Notes: a model not told the origin generated them from the letters alone. A DNA stretch of 64,000 bases from Candidatus Saccharimonadota bacterium (GCA_019352195.1 JACAFG010000003.1:64956-128955); one strand, 5' to 3'. Shown: positions 1 through 14,388, numbered from the stretch's first letter. Program-made: numbers and translations.

Positions 1-947
1 AAACGGCGGTAGGCGCCCTTAAAAGTTGCGGCTCCGGCGGCGATGTCACCGAAGCGCAAACCTTCACCAATGGCGACAGCCGCTGCGGCCAGACTATTGA
101 GAACGTTGTGGCGCCCGAACAGCGGCACCGCTAAGCGCCCAAGAACATGGCCGTCAATTTCGAGGTCAAATTCAATACCTGTCGCGGTATAACTGATATT
201 CCGGCCGACAACCGAACCCGATTGCAGGCCGTATAGCACTACTGGCGCCTTAGCATGCGCGGCAAGCTCTGTCACCGCCGCACTATCGGACCAGGCAATG
301 AGATGCCCGTTGGGTGGCATGGCAGCGATGACTTCAGCAAACCGGGCTTTGACGGCCGCCAGATCCGCAAAGACGTCCGGGTGATCCATTTCCACCGATG
401 TCAAAACCAGCACGTCGGGATGATAAAACTGCAGTTTGGAACGCTCATCAAGCGTTGAGGCGCGGTATTCGTCCCCTTCAATCACGACTATGTCGCTACC
501 AACCAGACGGGCGCTTGAGTCGAAATTAAACGGCTGAATACCAATGAGAAAGTCGGGCTGTCGGCCGGCTGACTCGAGTAGCCAGGTGATAAATGCGGTG
601 GTGGTAGTTTTGCCATGCGAGCCAGCCACACTAATGACTCGCTTATCTTTCGTGAGTTTACCCAAAAACTCGGCAAAAGATATGACCGGCAGGCCTCGTT
701 TGGCAGCTTCAACTAATATTGGGTCACTGGCGGCAGTCCCGCCCGAGATGATGACCTCGTCCACCCCATCTAGCAAAGCGGGAGAGCTAATATTGGTCCA
801 AACGAGGCCGTGCTCGTCGAGCCAATCGCTGCCAGGGGAAGTTGCCGGAACGTCGAGACCCGTAACTTGGTTGCCAGATTGCTGCGCGGCATACGCGAGC
901 CCGCGCATGGCGTGTCCGGCGATGCCAACAAAAAAGAGATGCTTCAT
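1..947 (-). CDS. Mur ligase family protein (MurC/Mpl-like); partial, 3' end lies outside the window
   Basis: The reverse strand translates from the ATG at 945-947 as MKHLFFVGIAGHAMRGL...VAGSHGKTTTTAF (Mur ligase N-terminal Rossmann fold plus GxxGKT P-loop). The ORF runs off the window start. Confidence 0.75.
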   Translation of the reverse strand, partial: MKHLFFVGIAGHAMRGLAYAAQQSGNQVTGLDVPATSPGSDWLDEHGLVWTNISSPALLDGVDEVIISGGTAASDPILVEAAKRGLPVISFAEFLGKLTKDKRVISVAGSHGKTTTTAFITWLLESAGRQPDFLIGIQPFNFDSSARLVGSDIVVIEGDEYRASTLDERSKLQFYHPDVLVLTSVEMDHPDVFADLAAVKARFAEVIAAMPPNGHLIAWSDSAAVTELAAHAKAPVVLYGLQSGSVVGRNISYTATGIEFDLEIDGHVLGRLAVPLFGRHNVLNSLAAAAVAIGEGLRFGDIAAGAATFKGAYRR

Positions 948-1004
948 AGGCAAAAGTTTAGCATGAGAACGACTAAAAGCTGCTGCCTTGAGTACGGTTA
1001 ACAT

Positions 1005-1032
1005 TGACTTATGTGTTGACGTCTTGTAAAAC
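1005..1032 (+). promoter_or_regulatory. Candidate sigma70 promoter: -35 TTGACT (1005-1010), 16-nt spacer, -10 TAAAAC (1027-1032)
   Basis: Hexamers read directly; located about 125 nt upstream of the 1158 ORF. Confidence 0.3.
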
Positions 1033-1157
1033 TGAGCTACCTGATTGCAGGCCCTGGCATTATGCCGCCACTCGCACCGCAAGGAGTTCATTGATAGTGC
1101 CCTCGCACTGACCTGATTCATGTACGTCTTTCGCCCTTCGAGACATGGAGGTCTCAC

Positions 1158-1454
1158 ATGCCCAAAAAGAATTTCAACGGCAAACCCAGACGAACATCAC
1201 TGGGCGAGCTGTTCGGCGGTCGCACAGCCCGAGGGGTTGATTGGGCATCGTTAGCCATCACTCCCTCCACACGTCGCAAGCCTCGCCCGCCGGTGATACT
1301 CGAGGACAACTGGCTCGCCTCACCACCGCCCCGAAGCACTTCGAGCTACACCGGCAAGAGGTGCAGATTCGGTCACGCCATCAAGTTCTCGCAGACTGAT
1401 GCTGACTGCACCGTGTGCCGTGAGCAGCGGTCCGGATTTAACTCGTTCAGGTAG
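1158..1454 (+). CDS. Hypothetical small basic protein (98 aa) with a C-terminal C-x15-C-x2-C pattern
   Basis: Strong SD GGAGG sits 6 nt before the ATG. The ORF ends just before a bidirectional terminator. No family recognised. Confidence 0.5.
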   Translation: MPKKNFNGKPRRTSLGELFGGRTARGVDWASLAITPSTRRKPRPPVILEDNWLASPPPRSTSSYTGKRCRFGHAIKFSQTDADCTVCREQRSGFNSFR

Positions 1455-1482
1455 ATTCTGACCCGACAACACACGCCCACAG

Positions 1483-1516
1483 AAAAAAGCCCACGGGAGT
1501 TTTCCGTGGGCTTTTT
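1483..1516. terminator. Bidirectional rho-independent terminator between convergent genes
   Basis: Stem gcccacgg (1489-1496) pairs with ccgtgggc (1504-1511). It is flanked by an A-run (1483-1488) and a T-run (1512-1516). Confidence 0.7.
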
Positions 1517-1538
1517 CTTAGGGGTTATTGCGGACTTC

Positions 1539-3215
1539 TTAGGCCGCTTCGACGGGGGCAGGGGCCGCAATTTCGACGACTTCGCCGCCCACTTTGCGAG
1601 TAAAGTAGCTATCGTGTGAAATATACAGCACGGCGCCGGTATAGCGTTCTAAGGCTTTTTCAAGCTCTTCGATGCTCGGCAAATCGAGGTGGTTGGTGGG
1701 CTCGTCCAAAATCAGCAAGTTCGGTTGGTGGCACAGCATCGCAATGAGCTGGAAGCGGGCTTTTTGGCCACCGCTCAGATGCGTGATGGGCAATTTGGCG
1801 TCTCCGGTGGGATCAAACAAATAGTCGCTTAGTAGCTGGCGCACGCGCTGATCGTTGACGGTAACATCGTGCTCCCGGTGGATGAGCGTAATGGCATCTC
1901 CGAGCGGCATTTGCATAAAGCGCTCGTCGATTTCTTGCTCGTAGACACCAATGCGCAGCTTTTGATCGACTTCAATCGTCCCAGCAAATACTTTCGAGCT
2001 GGCGGGGGTTCCGTCAGTGGCGGCGCGAATAGCCTTAACGAGCGTTGACTTACCCACACCGTTACGGCCATGGAATTCGATGCGCTCACTAACGGCAAGC
2101 GTGAAGTTAATGTCTTTAAACAGCGGCTCGCCATAGCCGAGCGATAAATCGCTCACGGTCAGCATGACGCGACGGCTGGCATCGTCGCCAGTTTTGGCGT
2201 TTATTTTGATGTTTTTGGCTTTGTAACGGTCGTATTTTTCAACGGCTTTGCCTTGCATCGTTTCCAACTGATCGGCGTCGATCCAAAATGTCGGCTTTTT
2301 GATCTTTTTGGCTAAATCGTCGTATTGGCGGGCAAACCGCTCTTCCATGATGCGGTAGCGTACGGCCCCATCGCCGCCGGACATGCCTTTCTTGCGGCGC
2401 GCTTCGAGCACTTGCTTACGCAGATTAGCTAACGTGCGCTGGTCGTATTCATACTGTTCAACCGCGTTCATGGTGGTTGAACCGTTTTGCTTCAGGTAAT
2501 CATCGTAGTTACCTTTAAAGCTCAAAGCTTCGTGATCTTTGATTTCAATGATGCGGTCGACGGTGCCAAGCACGTCGCGATCGTGGGTAATCACTACAAT
2601 GGCTTGCTGAGCGTCTTCGAACCACTCGATGAAGGCGTCTTTAGCGACGTAGTCCATGTGGTTTGTAGGTTCGTCGATGAGGGCTAAATCGGCATCGCTC
2701 AAGGTGACCTTCACCAGCTCGACGAAGCGTTTTTGACCACCCGACAAATTTTCGAATTTACCTTCCCAGTGTTTCGGCTCGAGCTGAAATGCCTCAAGCT
2801 CGCGTTTGGCGCGCTCTTCGATATCATAATAGCCGAGCTCGCCAAAGCGGGTTAGCGCATCGGTATAGGTCTCGATGAGTGCCATATCGTCGCCCATAGT
2901 ATCGGGATAGGTACTAATAATGTGGTGCAAATCGGCGTAATTGGGCAGGTTACCCAAAATGTAATCTAGCACCGTGATATCGCCCAAACCGTGATGTTCC
3001 TGCGAGGTGGATACGATGATGAGGCCGCGTCGCTTGTCGATTTGACCGGTAAACTCGGTATCGGTACCGTTCATAATGCCGAGCAACGTGGTTTTACCAA
3101 TGCCATTACGTCCTACCAAACCGACTTTTTCGCCGGGATTAATCGTGACGTCGAGGCCATCGTATAAATTTTTGGTGCCAATTGTTTTGGCGATGTTTTG
3201 CAGGCTGATGAGCAT
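1539..3215 (-). CDS. ABC-F family ATPase (translation-associated, EttA/Uup/YheS-like; two tandem ABC domains, no TMD)
   Basis: Two Walker A motifs (GRNGIGKTT, GRNGVGKST), two LSGGQ signatures and an inter-domain linker. SD AAGGA lies upstream of the ATG. Confidence 0.9.
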   Translation of the reverse strand: MLISLQNIAKTIGTKNLYDGLDVTINPGEKVGLVGRNGIGKTTLLGIMNGTDTEFTGQIDKRRGLIIVSTSQEHHGLGDITVLDYILGNLPNYADLHHIISTYPDTMGDDMALIETYTDALTRFGELGYYDIEERAKRELEAFQLEPKHWEGKFENLSGGQKRFVELVKVTLSDADLALIDEPTNHMDYVAKDAFIEWFEDAQQAIVVITHDRDVLGTVDRIIEIKDHEALSFKGNYDDYLKQNGSTTMNAVEQYEYDQRTLANLRKQVLEARRKKGMSGGDGAVRYRIMEERFARQYDDLAKKIKKPTFWIDADQLETMQGKAVEKYDRYKAKNIKINAKTGDDASRRVMLTVSDLSLGYGEPLFKDINFTLAVSERIEFHGRNGVGKSTLVKAIRAATDGTPASSKVFAGTIEVDQKLRIGVYEQEIDERFMQMPLGDAITLIHREHDVTVNDQRVRQLLSDYLFDPTGDAKLPITHLSGGQKARFQLIAMLCHQPNLLILDEPTNHLDLPSIEELEKALERYTGAVLYISHDSYFTRKVGGEVVEIAAPAPVEAA

Positions 3216-3368
3216 AATAGGTCCTTGTCGACGCCATGCGCCTAATAATTAGAGAATTAAAACTACGTTCGCGAGGCGAATCAGGCTGTGGGCGCGCGGT
3301 AGCGTAGCTTCATAGTGATATTATTATACCTGGTTTTGACCGGCTTGTCATCCGAGTAGTGAACGTGC

Positions 3369-3397
3369 TTGCTAAATATGACTTATTCGTTTATAAT
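3369..3397 (+). promoter_or_regulatory. Near-consensus sigma70 promoter: -35 TTGCTA (3369-3374), 17-nt spacer, -10 TATAAT (3392-3397)
   Basis: Perfect -10 and good -35 with ideal spacing. No SD-led ORF follows. Confidence 0.45.
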
Positions 3398-3403
3398 ATG
3401 CTG

Positions 3404-3611
3404 AACAAGTTTCCGTCGGCGAGCTTTACGCCCGTACGACTCGAACAGATCCTCGCGCGAACTGCCACAGTACCGACCGTCGCGATTACCATCAGCTATG
3501 GCCGACGCATCCGGCTGCATCCTGTCTATTCCACGGCGAGGCTGTAGCCCAAACTGTTCTACCCGCCACTCGGCCGCGACAATCGTCGCCTCCGAGTGGC
3601 GGTTTGTCGTT
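3404..3611 (+). ncRNA. Candidate ~200-nt small RNA (promoter-to-terminator unit without a convincing ORF)
   Basis: The predicted TSS is about 7 nt after the TATAAT. The unit ends at an 11-bp-stem hairpin (3563-3602) followed by TTTGTCGTT on the + strand. Confidence 0.3.
3563..3611 (+). terminator. Rho-independent terminator (ccgccactcgg / ccgagtggcgg stem + T-tract)
   Basis: Perfect 11-bp inverted repeat with the U-tract on the + strand. It also lies just 3' of the minus-strand Nudix gene. Confidence 0.55.
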
Positions 3612-3624
3612 ATGTCAGCAAATA

Positions 3625-4287
3625 CTAGAGATGATACGTCAGCTCGGTGAAGAAAAATTTCTCGTCAGCCGGCTCAATGAGGGCGATTAAATCGAGGACG
3701 CTTGGCATTACGTCAGGGTCATCGTAATGAGGGTTGGTCCAAAATACCTCCCCGTCGGCACTGCTGGGGACGAGTTGCCCGTGAATTTGAGAGGCGATAA
3801 ATAAGTGAAAGAAGATTTGCGAGACGGGCTCGTCGCCGATAAACGTTGTAATGTAGCCGTCGCCGCGATGAGTGAGGCCTGCCGACAAACCGGTCTTTTC
3901 TTTAAGCTCGCGAGCTGCGGCCTGGCCGATTGATTCGCCGAGATGAATTTTGCCATACGGAAAGTTGATTTTGCCAATCATGGGCTGGCGCTTACGTTTG
4001 AGAAGCAAATATTGGCCGGTCGCGTTACGGCAAACGAGCAGGGTCACCATGCGCGGCTGAGCGCGCGGAGTGAACGTTTTGAGGCTCAGGCTGTCGGCAT
4101 AGCGTAAGCCCTCGGGGGTCAGTTCGTAGCGCCCGTCCGCGCGTTTGGTAACCCAACCCGCCTTCATTAACGACCGCAAGTGATACATGAACAAGTTCCC
4201 TTCCACCTCGGTAGGCTTGAGCTCGGCGTAGCGGCGCGACGAGTGTCGAATAAGCTGGCTCAAAATGTGCTGCTGGAGTTGATGCAT
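3625..4287 (-). CDS. Winged-HTH + Nudix hydrolase domain protein (Nudix-family transcriptional regulator-like)
   Basis: N-terminal wHTH-like region (LSQLIRHSSRRYAEL...YHLRSLMKAGWV) and a Nudix box GKIHLGESIGQAAARELKEKTGL. Confidence 0.8.
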   Translation of the reverse strand: MHQLQQHILSQLIRHSSRRYAELKPTEVEGNLFMYHLRSLMKAGWVTKRADGRYELTPEGLRYADSLSLKTFTPRAQPRMVTLLVCRNATGQYLLLKRKRQPMIGKINFPYGKIHLGESIGQAAARELKEKTGLSAGLTHRGDGYITTFIGDEPVSQIFFHLFIASQIHGQLVPSSADGEVFWTNPHYDDPDVMPSVLDLIALIEPADEKFFFTELTYHL

Positions 4288-4372
4288 GGTGCTTACCCTG
4301 GCGGGATGATCCTCTGGGATTATTGGCTTGTTATGGTCATGAAGGTTCGGAGTTGTCTTAGCATGTGCTTAT

Positions 4373-4424
4373 AGTCAATTATATTTGACTCAAGGCTTTT
4401 CGACTAGCGTAATTATTGAGTCAA
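4373..4424. promoter_or_regulatory. Operator-like inverted repeats in the divergent intergenic region
   Basis: TTGACTCAA (4385-4393) and TTGAGTCAA (4416-4424) are inverted repeats separated by 22 nt. An extra AGTCAA half-site lies at 4373-4378, with the minus-strand TATAAT between them. Confidence 0.4.
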
Positions 4425-4471
4425 ACGCTACATTTAACGAGTCCAAGCGTGTTCGTTGACAGGAGGCAGCT

Positions 4472-4661
4472 CATGTACCAAATTACGACTGCAGATGCAC
4501 CCATCGACTTGTGGCCCGTTACAGCTGGGCTGTGGGGCCCAGAGGACCACGTGCCGTGCAACTGGTGGCCGTCCTATTACTCCCCTACCACCGACCCGAG
4601 TGTTCCCAACCTCGCTGCCGCCGAGTCCACGCGATTGGGCTGGCAGCAACTATTCGTCTAA
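4472..4661 (+). CDS. Hypothetical small Trp/Pro-rich protein (62 aa)
   Basis: Strong SD AGGAGG lies 6 nt upstream of the ATG at 4472. Shares a frame with track ORF 4416..4661. GC-rich patch. Confidence 0.45.
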
Positions 4662-4674
4662 AGTGTCAGCTTTT

Positions 4675-4703
4675 GTTGACATTACTAAGCGATAGTTTTA
4701 TGC
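4675..4703 (+). promoter_or_regulatory. Candidate promoter: -35 TTGACA, 17-nt spacer, -10 TATGCT
   Basis: Read directly upstream of the 4791 gene. Followed by a CTCGAC/GTCGAG inverted repeat. Confidence 0.35.
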
Positions 4704-4790
4704 TTGGTCTTATCTTGATCCAACCGGGATTGAGGTTTAGACCGCACGACTCGACCGAGCTTTAGTCGAGACCATCATGAGAGGGTCGCA

Positions 4791-5219
4791 ATGACCAGTA
4801 CCTTGGATGTATCCACAGCAATCGCGGATGTCGCAACCGAGCCGGTTGCTCCCACCCCCGAGCAGTATGCCAGGCCAAGCGACGAGACCGATGCTGATCG
4901 CCACGCGGTCCTGGCGTACCCCATGCAGTGGCTCCAGGAATTCCGCGACGGTGCCTGGCGGTTTGGCCGGCCGGCCGCGCATCCCACCTTCGTGGCTCGC
5001 ACGACCTGCACGGCAGCTACCCAGCAACAGAGCCACGACAAGCTCAAGGCCATCATCGTGGCGCGCATGAAGGCCATCGGCTTCGACCTGGAGGAGTTCA
5101 AGCTGTTCTGGGACTGGCCGGCCGGAATTCTCACGGCAACCCATCAGTCCGCCTCGACCGTCAGGTCATCAGAGCACTACAGTCTGGAGGACGAGCGCTC
5201 GATCATCTCCGGTCACTAG
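4791..5219 (+). CDS. Hypothetical protein (142 aa)
   Basis: SD GAGAGGG precedes the ATG. Ends 28 nt before a bidirectional terminator. No family recognised. Confidence 0.5.
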   Translation: MTSTLDVSTAIADVATEPVAPTPEQYARPSDETDADRHAVLAYPMQWLQEFRDGAWRFGRPAAHPTFVARTTCTAATQQQSHDKLKAIIVARMKAIGFDLEEFKLFWDWPAGILTATHQSASTVRSSEHYSLEDERSIISGH

Positions 5220-5246
5220 CGCCAACTGCACCTCATCGATCGCCAA

Positions 5247-5290
5247 CGACCGCCTCGCGCGTATGCGCAAGGCGGTCGTTTCGCGTTTTG
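5247..5290. terminator. Bidirectional terminator between the 4791 gene and rpsG
   Basis: Stem cgaccgcct (5247-5255) pairs with aggcggtcg (5270-5278), then TTTCGCGTTTTG follows. Confidence 0.6.
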
Positions 5291-5303
5291 TCGCGGCTAT
5301 TTA

Positions 5304-5780
5304 TTAGTAGCGAGCGAAGTGAGCAAAGGCTTTGTTAGCCTCAGCCATTCGGTGCGTGTCTTCACGCTTCTTAACGGCGTCGCCAGTATTGTTGTAGGCG
5401 TTGAGCAGTTCTTCGCCGAGGCGCTGGTCGAAGCCTTTGCCGCTCTTGGCATTGGCAGCAGCCAAAATCCAGGTCATGGCGAGGTGGACTTTGCGGTCGC
5501 CGCGAACTTCGGTTGGTACCTGATAGGTTGCGCCACCAATACGCTTAGCCTTTACCTGAACGGCCGGAGCAACGTTCTTGATAGCGGTTTCGAAGATTTC
5601 GACAGCAGGTTGCTTGCCTTTTTCTTCGATAAATTCGAGAGCGCCGTACATCAGGCCTTCAGCCAGGCGCTTCTTGCCGTCACGCATGATCTTATTGATC
5701 ATCTTGGTGACCATAACGTTGTTGTAGCGCAGATCGGGCTCGACAACGCGCTTGAGGGACTTGGTAGTTTTTCGTGGCAT
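5304..5780 (-). CDS. rpsG: 30S ribosomal protein S7
   Basis: Translation MPRKTTKSLKRVV...IKNVAPAVQVKAKRIGGATYQVP matches the uS7 family. Confidence 0.95.
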   Translation of the reverse strand: MPRKTTKSLKRVVEPDLRYNNVMVTKMINKIMRDGKKRLAEGLMYGALEFIEEKGKQPAVEIFETAIKNVAPAVQVKAKRIGGATYQVPTEVRGDRKVHLAMTWILAAANAKSGKGFDQRLGEELLNAYNNTGDAVKKREDTHRMAEANKAFAHFARY

Positions 5781-5887
5781 GCTTTTCTCTCCTTAAAGAT
5801 ACTCCCTGCCGCATGCTATACGCTTTACGGTACGGGTGATGCTTAAATTAATTCGAATCTGGAATCGGGATCCAGAGTCCCAAAGCT

Positions 5888-6073
5888 TTAGGCTTTAGAG
5901 CGATTGAAGAACATCCGATCAATCTGGTTATCAGCCAGAATCAACACCAAACCTACGCCTGATACGGTTAAAGCCCATGGGCGAGACGTAAGCACTAGCA
6001 AATTGCCCAGCAGCACGATTATCGCCCCGACAAGACGAATACGCCGAGTGTTATCCCAATATGGCTGACTCAC
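5888..6073 (-). CDS. Possible small hydrophobic protein (61 aa) between rpsL and rpsG; doubtful
   Basis: GTG start 3 nt after the rpsL stop, no SD. Two hydrophobic stretches. It fills an unusually long (296 bp) rpsL-rpsG spacer. Confidence 0.2.
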   Translation of the reverse strand: MSQPYWDNTRRIRLVGAIIVLLGNLLVLTSRPWALTVSGVGLVLILADNQIDRMFFNRSKA

Positions 6074-6076
6074 AGA

Positions 6077-6493
6077 CTAAGCCGCTTTTTCTTTCTTGGC
6101 ACCGTACTTAGAACGACCTTGCTTACGCTTGGCAGCACCGGCGGTGTCGAGCGCACCACGAACAATGTGGTAACGAACACCAGGAAGGTCTTTGACACGG
6201 CCGCCGCGGATAAGGACCACGGAGTGCTCTTGCAGGTTGTGGCCGATACCAGGAATGTAAGCGGTAACTTCCATACCATTGGTGAGGCGAACACGAGCAA
6301 TTTTACGAAGCGCCGAGTTAGGCTTCTTTGGCGTGGTGGTAGAAACCTTCACACAAACGCCGCGCATGAACGGCGAATTGAGGGCGTAGCTACGGTTCTT
6401 GAGCGAGTTGCGAATAGAACCCAAAGCCGGAGTCGACGACTTGTGCTTGGGATCTTGGCGCGGCTTGCGCAATAACTGGTTAATGGTTGGCAT
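6077..6493 (-). CDS. rpsL: 30S ribosomal protein S12
   Basis: [13 protein letters not shown]...[16 protein letters not shown] matches the uS12 hallmark region. Confidence 0.95.
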   Translation of the reverse strand: MPTINQLLRKPRQDPKHKSSTPALGSIRNSLKNRSYALNSPFMRGVCVKVSTTTPKKPNSALRKIARVRLTNGMEVTAYIPGIGHNLQEHSVVLIRGGRVKDLPGVRYHIVRGALDTAGAAKRKQGRSKYGAKKEKAA

Positions 6494-6593
6494 TGGTATC
6501 GGGATCCTAGTTTAAGTTGATCTGGGACCGTCTGGCCCCGTAGAGGGTTAATTCTCCACGGGGATGTGACGGTCTCACATACAAGCTGTTATG

Positions 6594-10460
<3,867 letters not shown>

Positions 10461-10462
10461 AT

Positions 10463-13400
10463 TTAGCCCTGTGCCTCCACGTTAGTTTCTACTTCTTCGG
10501 TCTCGGCCGCATCGGTTTCAGCTTCGTCTGTTTCAGCCGCGTCGAGGGCTTCAAACTGGTCTTCACCGCCTTCGGCAAGGTTAACGAGCGGCATGTCGGC
10601 GACGACAGCGTCACCTACGACGAGTTTTTCAGTCCCAAGATCGGTAATTTCTTCATTCAAACGAGCACTGATGACAGTTTCGGCATCGAGCTCTGCTTCT
10701 CCATCGACACCGTCGCGGGTGAGCTCTACGCCCAGACCCAGCGACTGCAATTCCTTAACGAGTACGTTGAAGCTCTCGGGAATGCGCGGTCCGCGGATTT
10801 CTTCGCTCTTAATGATGGCTTCGTAAGCCTTGGAGCGACCGACCACGTCGTCGGATTTAATGGTGAGGATTTCCTGGAGCGTGTTGGCAGCGCCGTAAGC
10901 TTCGAGCGCCCACACTTCCATCTCTCCGAAACGCTGCCCACCCATTTGCGCTTTTCCACCAAGCGGCTGCTGGGTGACCATAGCGTAGGGACCGGTTGAA
11001 CGAGCGTGGAGCTTGTCGTCGACCATGTGGTGGAGTTTCAAAAGGTACTTGTAACCAACGGTGGTACGTTCCTGGAATGGTTCGCCGGTTTGGCCGTCCA
11101 TCAACTGAGTCTTACCGTCTTCGGGCAGTCCAGCCTTCTTGAGCTCGGCCTTAATGTCTTCGAGTTTGACGCCGTCGAATACTGGCGAGGCTACGGTGTA
11201 ACCGAGGGCCTGAGCCGCCCATCCAAGGTGCGTCTCAAAGATCTGACCAATGTTCATACGCTTGCCCACACCGAGCGGGTTCAAGATTACATCAACAGGA
11301 GTACCGTCTTCGAGGTAAGGCATGTCTTCAACCGGGAGCACGCGGGCAATAACGCCCTTGTTGCCGTGACGGCCGGCCATCTTATCGCCCACCGAGATCT
11401 TGCGCATTTGAGCGACTGAGACGTGGTACTGCTCAATAACGCCAGCCTGGAGCTCATCGGCCTGCTCGCGGCTAAAGAGTTTAACCCCGACCACCTTGCC
11501 GCGCTCGCCGTTGTGGAGGCGGAGTGACGTATCTTTAACGTCGCGGGCCTTCTCGCCAAAGATGGCGCGAAGGAGCTTCTCTTCGGAGCTGAGCTCTTGC
11601 TCGCCCTTGGGAGTGATCTTCCCCACCAGAATGTCGCCAGCCGTCACCTCGGCGCCGATGCGGATGATACCGCGCTCGTCGAGGTCTTTGAGACTGTCTT
11701 CTGAGACGTTGGGGATGTCGCGCGTAACGACTTCCGGTCCCAGCTTGGTGTCGCGCACGTCAACCGTGTAGGTCTCAATGTGAATTGAGGTGTAGCGGTC
11801 GTCGCGGACGAGACGCTGCGAGAGCACGATGGCGTCTTCGAAGTTGTAGCCCTGCCAGTTCATGAAGGCAACCAGAACGTTCTGACCGAGAGCCAGCTCG
11901 CCGTGGTCGGTCGACATACCATCGATGAGCACGTCGCCCTTCTTGATTTCATCGCCAGCGGCTACGGTCGCCTTTTGGTGGATGGTGGTACCAACGTTTG
12001 ATCGGGCAAAGTTGGTGAGCTCATAACGAGCTTTGTCGCCATTCTTGTAGGTAACGTTGATTTCGCGGGCAGTTGCCGAATCAACCACGCCGTCCTGCTC
12101 GGCCAAAATGATCTGAGCAGAGTCGCGGGCCACGGTAGCTTCCATGCCGGTACCAACAATTGGAGCCTGAGGCTTAATGAGCGCCACAGCCTGTTTTTGC
12201 ATGTTAGCGCCCATGAGTGCGCGCTTAGCGTTGTCGTGCTCAACAAACGGGATGAGCGCGGCCGAAATAGATACAATCTGCTTAGAGCTGACGTCCATAA
12301 AGTCGACATCTGCAGTAGAGACTTCTTCGGCTTCGCCCTTCAAACGGGCGGCAACACGAGGAACGATGAAGTAGCCTTTGTCATCGAGCTCGGCGCCATA
12401 TCCGGCCACAACCGCTTTTTCTTCGTCGGAGGCATCGAGGTAGACGACGTCGTCGGTGACACGAGGCTTGATTTGTACAATTTCGACACCAGCCTTGGCC
12501 AACTTCTTCACATCGGCGTCGGTAATCACATCACCGCTTTTAACGATAACGTCGGCCCCAGCCTTGGCGGCACCGCGAGCGATTTCGCCAACGGCGTTAG
12601 CCGTGGTGGCTTCGCGGATAACTTTGCGGTAAGGCGTCTCAATGAAGCCATACTCGTTGACTGCTGCGTACGAAGCCAAGTTGGAAACGAGACCGATGTT
12701 CGGACCTTCCGGTGTTTCAATTGGGCACAACCGACCGTAGTGGGTCTTGTGCACATCGCGCACTTCAAAACCAGCACGTTCACGGCTGAGTCCGCCTGGG
12801 CCCATGGCGTTTAAGCGGCGCTTGTGGACGGTCTCAGCGAGCGGGTTGACCTGGTCCATGAACTGCGACAATTGACTGGAAGCAAAGAACTCGCGAACCG
12901 AGGCAACAATTGGACGCACGTTAATGAGCTGGCCCGGAGTAACAGTGGTGGGGTCATAAACCGACATGCGGTCTTTAACGATGCGTTCCATACGAGCCAA
13001 ACCAATGCGGAATTTGCTCTGCATGAGCTCACCGACCATCTTGAGGCGGCGGTTGGCCAGGTTATCAATGTCGTCGGGGCCACCGTTGCCGTTGTTGAGG
13101 CTGACGATCTCGGCGACAATTGCCACGAGGTCTTCACGGCTTAATACCCGGTGCTCGGCGGTATTAGGCGTATCGAGACCGAGGCGCTTGTTGAGCTTGT
13201 AACGACCGACTTTAGAGAAGTCGTAGCGCTTGAAGTCGAAGAACATACCTTCAATAAGACTCTTCGAGTTTTCAACTGTAGCTAAATCGCCAGGGCGAAT
13301 GCGGCGGTAGACTTCCATAAGAGCTTCAGCGGTTGAGGCGCTCGGGTCTTTTTCGAGGGTTTCCTCGATGTACTTGGTGTCACCAGTATCTACGTGAGCA

Positions 13401-14017
13401 AACATGGCCTTGATCTCGTCATCACTACCGTAACCAAAGGCACGGAGCAAGGTCGTGATAGGTAATTTACGCTTGCGGTCGATCTTAACCGAGATTACGC
13501 CGGCAGCTGAGGTGTCGAGCTCGAGCCAAGCACCACGGCTCGGGATAACTTTGGCACCAAATAATTCACCAGCCGAACCGCGGTCCGAGGTGAAGAACAC
13601 GCCAGGCGAGCGAACCAGCTGGGAAACGACGACGCGCTCGGCGCCATTGATGACAAACGTGCCGCGAGGAGTCATCCAAGGGTAGTCGCCCAAGAAAATT
13701 TCCTGCTCACGAACTTCGCCGGTCTCTTTGTTGACGAGCTCGGCCTTGGCACGCAAAGGCACCTCGAGCGAGGCGTTCTTGATTTTAGCGGTTTTTTCGT
13801 CGAACTTGGGCTCTTCGAAGTGGAAGTCACGCAGGTAAAGCGCTAGCGCCTTGCCAGTGAAGTCTTCGATTGGGTTAATTTCGGCAAACAACTCTTCGAG
13901 ACCTTCAGTGGTAAACCAGTCAAACGACTGTAACTGAATCTCGATCAGGTTTGGGAGAGCTAGAACATCTTTCGACTTGGAAAGATTTTTACGGGTACGC
14001 GCGCCAGGATTAGCCAA
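10463..14017 (-). CDS. rpoB: DNA-directed RNA polymerase subunit beta
   Basis: 1184 aa with conserved beta-subunit blocks. Stop lies 2 nt before the rpoC start. Confidence 0.97.
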   Translation of the reverse strand: MANPGARTRKNLSKSKDVLALPNLIEIQLQSFDWFTTEGLEELFAEINPIEDFTGKALALYLRDFHFEEPKFDEKTAKIKNASLEVPLRAKAELVNKETGEVREQEIFLGDYPWMTPRGTFVINGAERVVVSQLVRSPGVFFTSDRGSAGELFGAKVIPSRGAWLELDTSAAGVISVKIDRKRKLPITTLLRAFGYGSDDEIKAMFAHVDTGDTKYIEETLEKDPSASTAEALMEVYRRIRPGDLATVENSKSLIEGMFFDFKRYDFSKVGRYKLNKRLGLDTPNTAEHRVLSREDLVAIVAEIVSLNNGNGGPDDIDNLANRRLKMVGELMQSKFRIGLARMERIVKDRMSVYDPTTVTPGQLINVRPIVASVREFFASSQLSQFMDQVNPLAETVHKRRLNAMGPGGLSRERAGFEVRDVHKTHYGRLCPIETPEGPNIGLVSNLASYAAVNEYGFIETPYRKVIREATTANAVGEIARGAAKAGADVIVKSGDVITDADVKKLAKAGVEIVQIKPRVTDDVVYLDASDEEKAVVAGYGAELDDKGYFIVPRVAARLKGEAEEVSTADVDFMDVSSKQIVSISAALIPFVEHDNAKRALMGANMQKQAVALIKPQAPIVGTGMEATVARDSAQIILAEQDGVVDSATAREINVTYKNGDKARYELTNFARSNVGTTIHQKATVAAGDEIKKGDVLIDGMSTDHGELALGQNVLVAFMNWQGYNFEDAIVLSQRLVRDDRYTSIHIETYTVDVRDTKLGPEVVTRDIPNVSEDSLKDLDERGIIRIGAEVTAGDILVGKITPKGEQELSSEEKLLRAIFGEKARDVKDTSLRLHNGERGKVVGVKLFSREQADELQAGVIEQYHVSVAQMRKISVGDKMAGRHGNKGVIARVLPVEDMPYLEDGTPVDVILNPLGVGKRMNIGQIFETHLGWAAQALGYTVASPVFDGVKLEDIKAELKKAGLPEDGKTQLMDGQTGEPFQERTTVGYKYLLKLHHMVDDKLHARSTGPYAMVTQQPLGGKAQMGGQRFGEMEVWALEAYGAANTLQEILTIKSDDVVGRSKAYEAIIKSEEIRGPRIPESFNVLVKELQSLGLGVELTRDGVDGEAELDAETVISARLNEEITDLGTEKLVVGDAVVADMPLVNLAEGGEDQFEALDAAETDEAETDAAETEEVETNVEAQG

Positions 14018-14388
14018 GATAGACTCCTTATCCGGTATTAAGGGTGATGTGACTTGGTTTGAAACCGATGTTGCAATCGGTTTGGATGGGTGTGTTTGTT
14101 GCGGGTCTTGTATCTGAAACCATCGTTTTTCCAGATATAAAACTCGTGGTCGGAGGTTTTTCTAAACACGTAAAACAAGTGGCCGGATGTGGCCCTTGTT
14201 TGATTTAAGCATCCTCTTGAATTTATTTTGCTCGTTTCTAGAGTAACTGTCAACACTATTTATAAGGGATTGACAGGTTACGGCAAGAGGGTGTTATGAC
14301 TCGGTTTGGTGCCGGTTATAAGACAAGGGTCGGGCCATGTGAAGCCGCTACCCTGGTCAATTAGACTCGTCGTCGCTCTAAGTTCTAA

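Noticed and set aside
4416-4661. Track ORF start at 4416 for the small protein
   Set aside because: The in-frame ATG at 4472 is preceded by a near-perfect AGGAGG SD, so the upstream extension is unlikely to be translated.
14038-14256. 72-aa ORF in the rpoB upstream leader
   Set aside because: Lies in the rpoB 5' UTR/promoter region. His/Arg-rich, no SD.
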